Below, one piece after another: positions 22,266 to 30,754 of a stretch of DNA of 64,000 nt (positions within the stretch are counted from its first letter, which is position 1; each line of letters starts with the position of its first letter). Both the position numbers and the translations under genes were made by a program. The notes under the pieces are model-generated. The model was not told the DNA's origin, did not search any database, and saw only the letters and a program-made list of their open reading frames with translations. This DNA comes from Candidatus Eiseniibacteriota bacterium (GTDB taxonomy: Bacteria; Eisenbacteria; RBG-16-71-46), in NCBI GenBank assembly GCA_963717505.1, contig OY970342.1, forward strand, positions 2,656,001-2,720,000, given 5' to 3'.

Positions 22266-24905
22266 ATGCGCTACCGTGACGTCGAGCCTTCCGGCGATCC
22301 CCGGACGGGCCGGATGGAACGAATGGGCCTTCAGAGAGCCAGACGAATACTGTTCCTGACCCTCGGGTACGCCGCCGTGGTCCAGGTGGCCTACCTCGGG
22401 GCGTTGCTCGTTCGCTTCGAAGGCGCAATCCCGCCCCAATACCTGCGCGGCTATGCCCAGATCGCGCCGGTGTTCACCGCGCTGTCGCTACTGGGATTCC
22501 TGCTCTCCGGCCTCTATCACGGGGTCTGGCGCTACGCGAGCACGGTCACGGCGTTCCAGGTGTTCAAGGGTGTCACGCTGTCGGCGGCGGCACTGGCGCT
22601 GATCATGTTCTTCACGCCGATCCTGCTGTTCCCGCGCAGCGTGATCGTGTTGGTCTGGCTGTGGGAGCTGGTTCTGCTCGGCGGCCTGCGCTTCGCGTGG
22701 CGGATTTCGAGCGAGCGCCTGCTCGAGCCCGAGCCGCGGCGCTACGTGCGCGTGCTCGTGGTCGGCGCCGACCATGCCGGGGTTCATCTGATCCAGGAGA
22801 TGCGACGCGGCGGCGAGGCGGGCGAGCGGCTGCGACCGATCGGGTTCGTCGACAACGACGCACGGCTGTCCGGCAGCACGATCGAAGGCGTCAAAGTGGT
22901 CGGAGCGATTGGCGACTTGCCTCGGCTCATCCCCGAGAAGCGCATCGAGATGGTGGTCATCTCCGATTCCGGCATACCCGGCCGGGTGGTGCGCGAGATC
23001 GCGAGTTACTGCGCCGAGGCCAACGTCGTGGTCAAGACGGTGCCGGCCTACTCGAGCCTCCAGCACGGCAAGAGCGCGTTGTCGCAGATCCGCGACGTGC
23101 GCATCGAGGACCTGCTGGGACGTGAGCCGGTCCATCTCGACCTGAACGAGGTCGGCCAGTTCCTGCGTGGCCAGCGCATTCTGGTCACCGGCGCCGGAGG
23201 ATCGATCGGGGCCGAGCTGGCCCGCCAGTCCGCCGCGGAGGAGCCCGCGGAGCTGGTGTTGCTCGACCACTCGGAGAACGGCCTCTACTACGTTCAGAAC
23301 GAGATCGCCGCACTGCACCCGGCCGTGCCGCTGCACGCCGTGGTCGCCGACATTCGCGACGCCGACGGCATGCGCCTCGCCTTCGAGCGCTATCGGCCGA
23401 CCGTGGTGTTCCACGCCGCCGCGCACAAGCACGTGCCGCTGCTCGAAGCCGCGCCGCGCGAAGCGGTGTTCAACAACGTGGTCGGCACGCGCAATCTGGT
23501 CGAGGCGGCCGAACGCGCCGGGGTCGGTAAGTTCGTGTTCATCTCGACCGACAAGGCAGTCAATCCGAGCAGCGTCATGGGGGCCTCGAAGCGGGTCGGC
23601 GAGATGATCCTGCAGGCACGCTCGCAACGCAGCAAGACGCGCTTCATGGCCGTGCGCTTCGGCAACGTCCTCGGCAGCGAAGGCTCGGTGGTCCCGCTGT
23701 TCCAGCGTCAGATCCAGCGCGGCGGTCCGATCACCGTGACCCATCCCGAGACCCGGCGCTACTTCATGACCATCCCCGAAGCGGTGCGCCTGGTGATCCA
23801 GGCCGGCGCGATCGGCAAGGGCGGCGAGGTCATGTTGCTCGACATGGGCGAGCAGGTGCGGATCGTGGACCTGGCGCGCCAGCTGATCCGCATGTCGGGC
23901 CTGCGCGAGGGGCACGACATCGAGATCGTGTTCACCGGCCTGCGCCCCGGCGAGAAGCTCTACGAAGAGCTGCACTCCGACGAAGAGCGCATGCGCATGA
24001 CGAGGCACCAGCGAATCCTGGCCTGGGATCTGGACGCGCGCGACGAGATCGTCCTTCGCCGCGAGCTCGACGACCTCGAGCGGGTCGCACGCAACGGCGA
24101 TTCCGCGGCGATCAAGGAAGCGCTCCACCGCATCGTTCCCGAGTACGTCGAGCGCGTCCACGATCCGCGCGAAGCCGTGCCCGCCACGCCGGTGGTGTCC
24201 CTGCCGGTCGCGGCCGCTTCGACGGTGGCCGGCGCGGAGCCGCCGCGTTGGAACAGTCTGCGCACGCTGATCGAGGGTGGCCTCGCGCTGGTTCTGATTG
24301 TGGTCTCGGTGCCTCTTTGGGGTTTGTTGTGGCTCGAGGCGCAGCGCGCGCAGCGGGGATCGTTCCTGGTGCACGAGCAACGCGTGGGCCGCACCCGGCG
24401 TGGTGCCGCGCGGCTCGAGGGCGGGTCGGGGGCGCCGGACGGAGTCGAGCGACGCTCCCGCGACCGGATGGGGGAGAGTCTGCACTGCATGCGCTTCCGC
24501 GATGACCTGGGCCGCATCAGCCGCTGGGTCTGGCGGCGGCGACTCGACCGTCTGCCGTTCCTGCTCAACGTGATTCGCGGCGAGATGGCGCTGGTCGGTC
24601 CCAACCCCGAAACCGAATCGGTCGTCGAGCGTTGGCTGTCGTTCCCCGACTACCCGCGCCGGTTCCGGGTGCTGCCCGGCGTCACCGGGCTCGCGCAGGT
24701 GTCGGGTTGCGGCGCCGACGACGACGAGAGCGTGAAGCGCCGCATTCAGTACGACCTCCACTACGTGGATCATCAGTCGTTGCTGCTCGATGTGCGTACG
24801 ATGTTCCGCACGATCGGCGTGCTCGCCGGGGCCCCGCGGCGCGAACCCGACTCGGGCCATGCGGTGGTGGAGTCGCCGGCGGCGCTCAAAGGAGTGACGC
24901 AGTGA
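22266..24905 (+). CDS. CapD/PglF-type NDP-sugar 4,6-dehydratase fused to a C-terminal monotopic phosphoglycosyltransferase-like (Bac_transf) domain
   Basis: Four N-terminal TM helices, IEDLLGREP, TGAGGSIG, HAAAHKHVPL, STDKAVNP, RFGNVLGS and GLRPGEKLYEEL. The C-terminal part has LLNVIRGEMALVGP, PGVTGLAQV and YDLHYV. Start may be the ATG at 22314. Confidence 0.9.
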   Translation: MRYRDVEPSGDPRTGRMERMGLQRARRILFLTLGYAAVVQVAYLGALLVRFEGAIPPQYLRGYAQIAPVFTALSLLGFLLSGLYHGVWRYASTVTAFQVFKGVTLSAAALALIMFFTPILLFPRSVIVLVWLWELVLLGGLRFAWRISSERLLEPEPRRYVRVLVVGADHAGVHLIQEMRRGGEAGERLRPIGFVDNDARLSGSTIEGVKVVGAIGDLPRLIPEKRIEMVVISDSGIPGRVVREIASYCAEANVVVKTVPAYSSLQHGKSALSQIRDVRIEDLLGREPVHLDLNEVGQFLRGQRILVTGAGGSIGAELARQSAAEEPAELVLLDHSENGLYYVQNEIAALHPAVPLHAVVADIRDADGMRLAFERYRPTVVFHAAAHKHVPLLEAAPREAVFNNVVGTRNLVEAAERAGVGKFVFISTDKAVNPSSVMGASKRVGEMILQARSQRSKTRFMAVRFGNVLGSEGSVVPLFQRQIQRGGPITVTHPETRRYFMTIPEAVRLVIQAGAIGKGGEVMLLDMGEQVRIVDLARQLIRMSGLREGHDIEIVFTGLRPGEKLYEELHSDEERMRMTRHQRILAWDLDARDEIVLRRELDDLERVARNGDSAAIKEALHRIVPEYVERVHDPREAVPATPVVSLPVAAASTVAGAEPPRWNSLRTLIEGGLALVLIVVSVPLWGLLWLEAQRAQRGSFLVHEQRVGRTRRGAARLEGGSGAPDGVERRSRDRMGESLHCMRFRDDLGRISRWVWRRRLDRLPFLLNVIRGEMALVGPNPETESVVERWLSFPDYPRRFRVLPGVTGLAQVSGCGADDDESVKRRIQYDLHYVDHQSLLLDVRTMFRTIGVLAGAPRREPDSGHAVVESPAALKGVTQ

Positions 24906-24954
24906 CCCCGCGTTCCTCGAGTCCGACCTCGGCGTCGCGTCCGAAGCGATAGGC

Positions 24955-27186
24955 ATGGACGACACCCAGGAAACCAGCCGAGTCGATCTGCAGCAGATGC
25001 TGCGCATCCTGTGGCGCAGGCGGTTGCTGTTGTTCGTGCCATGGATCTCGGCGCTGGCGATCGGGGCCGCGGCCGCGTTTCTGCTCCGCCCGGTCTACAT
25101 CAGCACCTCGACGCTGATTCACGAGCGACCACAAGCACTCGCCGGCCGCGCCGGCGATCCGTCGCTGCGCGCCAGTTCCGAGCAAGAAGCCGAGATCATG
25201 CGCGAGCTGGTCGCGAGCACGCCGTTTCTCACTTCGGTGGTCATGGAGAGCGGACTCGAGTCGGACCCGGAGATTCGTGACTGGGCCTCGGCGCTCGCCG
25301 ATCCCAGTTCGAGCGATGAAGAGGCCGCGCGCATCCGCACGTTCCTGGTCAACCACCTGCGGACGCGAGTCGGCGTGCGCCGCGGGCGTGGCGGCGTGTT
25401 CCACGTGTCCGCCGAGGAATCGACTCCCAAGCGCGCGCAGTGGATGGCGCGGTCGGTGGCGGATCAGCTGGTGAAGACGTCGAAACAGGCTCAGCTCGAA
25501 GCGGTCCGCGCCACTCAGGAATTCAGCACCGAGCAGCTCCGGACCTACAAGGATCAGCTCGAGGACAGCGAGCGGCGATTGGAGTCCTTCCGGCGCCGGT
25601 CGCAACCGCGGGGTCCCACGAACGCCACGATCACGCCGGCGACGCTGCCTCGCGCCCGGCTGCTGCTGGAACAGGCGCGGCAGGAGGTCGCGGAGGAAGA
25701 GCAACGCCTCCAGGCGCGCCGCCAGGGGATCGAAGCCCTGGCCGACGCCCCGGACCCCGACGTGCTGTCGACCGCCGAAACCCGCCTGCTCACCGATCAG
25801 CTCGCGGGCCTCGAGCGGCAGCTGGCGACCTCGCTGCTGAGCGGCGGCGAGACCGGCAGCGACGTCGGCGTGCGCCTGTCGATCGCGCGCAAGATCGCCG
25901 AGCTGGAAACCGAGCTGCAACGCGCCGCGGCCGCAGCACTCCCCGCGGCCGGCCCGGAACTGCGCGACCCGATCGTTCGGTACCGGGTGGCCGACGCCGA
26001 AGTACGGGCCAAGCAGGCGCGCCGCGATTACCTGACCGACGAGCTTCGACAATATGAAGCGGGTGCGGTGTCGCCGAGCCCGGATCGCGAACTCGAACTG
26101 TCGCGGCTGAGCCGCGAGGTCGAGGCCAATCGGGCGCTCTACAACTCGTTCCTGCAGCAGATCGCGGCGGCTCAGATCAGCGAGGCGTTCGAGACCGCCA
26201 AGGTCAGCGGGTCGTTCAACGTGCTCGAGGCCGCGAACCTGCCGTCCGCCCCCGGCAAGCCCAACCGGCCGCTGATTCTGATCCTGGCGTTCGCAATCGG
26301 CGGGCTGATCGGAATCGGTTCGGTGATGGTGGCCGAGCAGCAGGACCAATCGGTGAAGAACGCGGAAGAGATCGAGCGCCGGCTCGGATTGCCGGTGATT
26401 GGTGCGGTGCCGCGAGCGGCCGAGCTGGTCTCGGCACGGCGCGTGCCCAAGGGGCAGTCTCCGGGTCCGGCGCCGGTCGCGGTCTCGGAGGGTCTGCTGC
26501 AGAGGCTCAAGACGGAGAGCGTGCTCGGCCTCGAGTTCAAGCGCATCTACCTCAAGCTGGCTCGGGGCCGCGGCCGCAACCTGCCGCGCACCCTGCTGGT
26601 GACCAGCGCAACCCGCGCCGAAGGCAAGACGACGACCACAGCGTGTCTCGCGATCACACTGGCGCGCGAGCTACGCGAGAAGTTGCTGCTGGTGGACTTC
26701 GACCTGCGCCGTCCCGCGCTCCATCGTGCACTCGGGCTGCCGACCAGCAGCTGGGGTCTGGCGCAGATGCTCCAGCAACGGACGTTCGATGAGCGATTCG
26801 TGCGCTCCACCGTGTTGCCGACCCTCGATTTCCTGCCCGCTGGTCGCAGCGAGAAGAGCGCGGCGGATCTGATCGACGACTCGAATGTGGAGTGGTTCCT
26901 GCGCGAGGCCGGGACGCGATACTCGTACGTCCTCATGGACTCGGCGCCGAATCTTGCGGTTCCCGACCCGCTGATCCTGGGCCGGGCGGTTCAGGGTGTG
27001 CTCTACGTGATCAAGGCTGGGAGCACGATCCGCAAAGCCGCCGAATACGGAGTGCGCGTGCAACGGGAGGCCTGCGACAACGTCGTCGGCGTGCTGATGA
27101 ACGATCTGGGCGAGATCCTGCCGCACTATTACGGCTACCACGAGGCCTACGGCCAGGAAGACGACGAAGAGGCCTCGTACTCGTAG
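24955..27186 (+). CDS. Wzc-like polysaccharide co-polymerase / BY-kinase
   Basis: Two TM segments around a coiled-coil periplasmic region, SATRAEGKTT Walker A, LLVDFDLRRP, LMDSAP and a C-terminal Tyr cluster. Confidence 0.88.
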   Translation: MDDTQETSRVDLQQMLRILWRRRLLLFVPWISALAIGAAAAFLLRPVYISTSTLIHERPQALAGRAGDPSLRASSEQEAEIMRELVASTPFLTSVVMESGLESDPEIRDWASALADPSSSDEEAARIRTFLVNHLRTRVGVRRGRGGVFHVSAEESTPKRAQWMARSVADQLVKTSKQAQLEAVRATQEFSTEQLRTYKDQLEDSERRLESFRRRSQPRGPTNATITPATLPRARLLLEQARQEVAEEEQRLQARRQGIEALADAPDPDVLSTAETRLLTDQLAGLERQLATSLLSGGETGSDVGVRLSIARKIAELETELQRAAAAALPAAGPELRDPIVRYRVADAEVRAKQARRDYLTDELRQYEAGAVSPSPDRELELSRLSREVEANRALYNSFLQQIAAAQISEAFETAKVSGSFNVLEAANLPSAPGKPNRPLILILAFAIGGLIGIGSVMVAEQQDQSVKNAEEIERRLGLPVIGAVPRAAELVSARRVPKGQSPGPAPVAVSEGLLQRLKTESVLGLEFKRIYLKLARGRGRNLPRTLLVTSATRAEGKTTTTACLAITLARELREKLLLVDFDLRRPALHRALGLPTSSWGLAQMLQQRTFDERFVRSTVLPTLDFLPAGRSEKSAADLIDDSNVEWFLREAGTRYSYVLMDSAPNLAVPDPLILGRAVQGVLYVIKAGSTIRKAAEYGVRVQREACDNVVGVLMNDLGEILPHYYGYHEAYGQEDDEEASYS

Positions 27187-27251
27187 CGCCTCTCGCCGCG
27201 ACGCGGCGCTCCGCCCGCCTCATCCCGCTCGCGCCCCGGGCGCCACGGCGC

Positions 27252-27279
27252 TCACCTCGATCGCGCTTCCTGCCGATAG
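27252..27279 (+). promoter_or_regulatory. sigma28 (FliA/WhiG)-like promoter motif
   Basis: TCACC-N15-GCCGATAG in the intergenic region. Confidence 0.45.
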
Positions 27280-27365
27280 AACCGGAGGGGTCGTCTCCGG
27301 TCCCCAGACCGGGGCGGCCGCCGCTTTTTTCTCGGCGCCGACGGGAACTCGCATCGAGGGGCGCA

Positions 27366-28565
27366 ATGGGACCAGAGCAGCAGATCGACTCGACGAATGG
27401 CGCGATGCGCGTGATGCACGTGATCGAAGCCATGGGCCAGGGCGGAGCCGAAGCCATGATCGTCGAGCATGTGCGCCATGCGGGGCCCGGCGTCGAGTCG
27501 GTGGTGGTGGCCTTGCGCCGCGGGGGCGCAGCGCTCGACGCCGCGATCGCCGCCGGCGCTGCCGGCGTCGTGCTCGGCCGACCTGCCGGGCCCGCCGGAC
27601 GTCTGACCGCGATCGCGGGCCTCGTGCGCCTGGTGCGCGAGCGTGGGATTTCGATCATCAACGGCCATAACCCGACCGGCGCCCTGTCGGCGACGCTCGC
27701 GGCAGTGCGCACCGGAGTCCCGGTGGTGCGGACCGAACACGGATGCCACTTCGCGGGGCGGCATTCGCCGCCCTACCCGGTGCTCGAGGCCCTGGCCACC
27801 ATGGCGACGAGCCGCATCATTTGCACCTGCGATGCCGTGCGTGCCAGCCACGCGCCGCGATTTGGCTGGGCCAGCCGGCGTTTCGTCACGATCGCCAACG
27901 GGATTTCGAATGTGGGCGCGGTCCGGCCACGCGCGTTGGTCCGGAACGAGCTGGGACTGCTCGAGTCGGAACGAATGATCCTCGCGGTCGGAACCATGAC
28001 CCGGCCCAAAGCGCACACGGTCCTGGTCGAAGCCTTCCTGCGGGTGGCGCGACGCATGAGTGCCGCGCGGCTCGCGATCGTCGGCGAGGGCCCGCTCCGC
28101 CGCGCGCTCGAACATCACCTGGCCGACGCCGGGATCGCCGATCGCGTGCGCCTGCTCGGCGGGCGCGCGGACATTCCCGATCTGATCGGCGCCGCGGACG
28201 CGTTCGTGACCACCTCGGTGCGCGATGGCCTGTCGATCGCGCTGCTCGAGGCGATGCGCGGGGGCTGCCCGGTGGTGGCTTCGAACGCCGGCGGCAACGC
28301 CGAGGCGGTAGTCGACGGGGCTTCCGGCTGGCTGGTCGAGCCGCGCAACCCGGGTCAGACGGCGGAAGCGCTGCTCGAGCTGCTGGAGGATTCGGTCCGC
28401 GCCGCGGCGTTCGCCCGCGAGGGGCGGCGCCGCTGGAGCGAGCGATTCACCGCCGAGCGCATGGTGTCCGAGACCGAAGCGCTGTACCGCGCTGTCTTGC
28501 GTCGCCGGGGCGCGCGTGTGACCCAGGCGCCGGCGCGGGCTCCGTTGCGGGAACGCGCGTCGTGA
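27366..28565 (+). CDS. Glycosyltransferase family 4
   Basis: GGAEAM, TEHG, IANGI and DGLSIALLEAMRGGCPVVASNAGG; GAGGG RBS before ATG 27366. Confidence 0.88.
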   Translation: MGPEQQIDSTNGAMRVMHVIEAMGQGGAEAMIVEHVRHAGPGVESVVVALRRGGAALDAAIAAGAAGVVLGRPAGPAGRLTAIAGLVRLVRERGISIINGHNPTGALSATLAAVRTGVPVVRTEHGCHFAGRHSPPYPVLEALATMATSRIICTCDAVRASHAPRFGWASRRFVTIANGISNVGAVRPRALVRNELGLLESERMILAVGTMTRPKAHTVLVEAFLRVARRMSAARLAIVGEGPLRRALEHHLADAGIADRVRLLGGRADIPDLIGAADAFVTTSVRDGLSIALLEAMRGGCPVVASNAGGNAEAVVDGASGWLVEPRNPGQTAEALLELLEDSVRAAAFAREGRRRWSERFTAERMVSETEALYRAVLRRRGARVTQAPARAPLRERAS

Positions 28566-30715
28566 TTCGGGTCTGGGACGCGACCGAGCCGATCGACCCC
28601 GAGTTCGAAGGGGACTGGCGCCAGCGCGTCGGATCGAGTCCCCACGCGCATTTTGGCTTCGACCCGCGCTGGATCGCGAGTCGTCCCGCTCAGGGCGAGC
28701 CCACCACCGTCGTGCTCGCCGAGCGCGATGGCCGGAGCGGCGCCCTGGTCCTGCGACGGGCCGGCAGCCGCCTCGAGTGCGGATGGCCGTGGCGCTCGCA
28801 CGTGGTGTGCGACGGAATGTCGGACGGTTCGACCGGCGTCGATCAAGAGACCGCGCATTGGGCATTCTCGATCGCGACCCGGGTCGCCGGCATGCGTCGA
28901 TTGCGGATGTTCCTGCCCGTGGCGCCTCCGTTCGGAACGTCCTCCTTTGCGGTGGGCGCCACATGCATCCACGACCTCTCGGGGTCCGAGGACGAGCTGC
29001 TGGCGGCGATGGACCCGGCGAAGCAGCGCGCCCTGCGCAAAGCCGAGCGCCTCGGCTACGGGGTTCGCGAACCGCGGGACTGGGAGGATCTCCACGCGTT
29101 CGCGGCGCTCCAGCGAGTGACCGAGGCGCGCCGCCGTTCGGACGCAGTCGAGCCGCCGCGGACGCCCGGTCCGGGAGAAGCCTGGCGCGAGTGGGAACTC
29201 CCGTGGATGCGGCTGCTGGTGGCGGAGCGCAACGGCGTGATCGAGGGCGGATCGGGGTTCGGCGTGTTCGAAGGCGCGACCATGGACTATCGCGCCAACG
29301 CATCGAGCGATGAAGGTCGGCGCGACGGCGTAAACGTGTTGCTGGCATGGGAGGCGATCCGTTGGGCGCGGTCGCGCGGGTTCCGACGGATCAATTGGTG
29401 CGGCACCACACGCTTCAAGCAGGAGCTGGGTGCGGCGCCGATCCCGATGACGTGCTGGCTGGGGGGCGGACTCCAGTGGTCGCTGCCCAATCTCCTGGTC
29501 GCAGGCCACCACCGGGCCAAGGACCAGGCCGCGGCGGTCTGGGGGCAGCCTCGAACGCGGCGCGTGAAGAAGACCCATCCCGCGGTCGAGCCCGCCGACC
29601 CTGGGATCGCGTCTCCCGAGAGCCCCGAGGCCCGGTCCGCGACCCAAGAGCCCGCCGTCGCAGCGCGTGCGAGTTCCGAGACTCCGGGAGTGCTCGCAGC
29701 GTGGTCGACGCGCGAAGCGGCGCGGCCCGAGTTCGACGAAGCGTGGAATCGTGTGCTCCAGCGCTGCGCGCGCGCCAACTTCTCACTCGACCTCGACTAC
29801 CTGCGCTGGGATGCGCGCCAGGGTCTGCACTCGCGTGCCGTGTTGTTCGAACACGGGGGCCTGCGCGCGGTCGCCGTGTTGCGCGAGCGCCAGGGGGAAT
29901 TCGTCTGTGGCTGGCCGTGGCGCTGGCAGGCGGCGTTCGAGGACGAGCCGGGGCGGGCTCCGGTTCTCGGCTTCGATCGCGCGGAGTCGCAGAGTCTGTT
30001 CGCAGCGCTCCACCGCTTCGCCGCGGGTCGGCGCCTGCGTTGCTACCTGCCGTTGGCGCCGGCCGATGGCACGCACGCCTACGTCGCCGGCTCGACCGTC
30101 GTCCAGTCGCTCGAGCACTCGGATGAAGAGCTGCTGAACGCCATGCAGGAGTCCAAGCGACGCATGGTCCGCCGATCCGTGGCGGCCGGCTATCGTATCG
30201 AGGACGGCGATTCGCCCGAGCACCAGCGTGCCTTCGCCACCATCCAGAACGAGGCGATCGCGCGCCGCGGCGACGTGCCGTCCTCGCTCGCCGACCATCC
30301 GGCCTTCGGCGAAGCCTGGCGGGAATGGGAATTGCCGTGGATGTGGTTGCTGGTCGCGGTGCGCGAGGGAGAAGTCGAGTCCGGTCTCGGCGACGGCGTT
30401 CGGGCCGGCGGCGTCCTCGAGGGTCGGGCCGGCGCCAGCACGCTGCGCGCGCGCAAGGACGGCGCCTTCGCACTCGTGTGCTACGAAGAGCTGAGGCGTG
30501 GACGAGACCGCGGGCATCGCTGGCTCAACCACGGCGGCGACACGCCGTTCAAGCACGAGGTGGCCGGCCGGCTGGGCCGGATCATTCCGCTGCACTGCTG
30601 GCTGGGAGGTGGTTCGGCCTGGTCGTTCGCCAATGCTTCGGAATCGTGGGCGCGGCGCGTGAGCCCACGTTTGGCCACCTGGGCCCGCACGCTGTTCACG
30701 CGCGAAGCCGCGTGA
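28562..30715 (+). CDS. FemAB/GNAT-like protein made of two tandem homologous modules
   Basis: GTG overlaps the GT stop. Duplicated motifs CGWPWR, RRLRxxLP, DELLxAM..K.R..R, GEAWREWELPWM and FKxE. Confidence 0.7.
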   Translation: MIRVWDATEPIDPEFEGDWRQRVGSSPHAHFGFDPRWIASRPAQGEPTTVVLAERDGRSGALVLRRAGSRLECGWPWRSHVVCDGMSDGSTGVDQETAHWAFSIATRVAGMRRLRMFLPVAPPFGTSSFAVGATCIHDLSGSEDELLAAMDPAKQRALRKAERLGYGVREPRDWEDLHAFAALQRVTEARRRSDAVEPPRTPGPGEAWREWELPWMRLLVAERNGVIEGGSGFGVFEGATMDYRANASSDEGRRDGVNVLLAWEAIRWARSRGFRRINWCGTTRFKQELGAAPIPMTCWLGGGLQWSLPNLLVAGHHRAKDQAAAVWGQPRTRRVKKTHPAVEPADPGIASPESPEARSATQEPAVAARASSETPGVLAAWSTREAARPEFDEAWNRVLQRCARANFSLDLDYLRWDARQGLHSRAVLFEHGGLRAVAVLRERQGEFVCGWPWRWQAAFEDEPGRAPVLGFDRAESQSLFAALHRFAAGRRLRCYLPLAPADGTHAYVAGSTVVQSLEHSDEELLNAMQESKRRMVRRSVAAGYRIEDGDSPEHQRAFATIQNEAIARRGDVPSSLADHPAFGEAWREWELPWMWLLVAVREGEVESGLGDGVRAGGVLEGRAGASTLRARKDGAFALVCYEELRRGRDRGHRWLNHGGDTPFKHEVAGRLGRIIPLHCWLGGGSAWSFANASESWARRVSPRLATWARTLFTREAA

Positions 30716-30754
30716 GCGCTTGAAAACCTAGCCCGGACGCCGCAGGCTGCCCCC

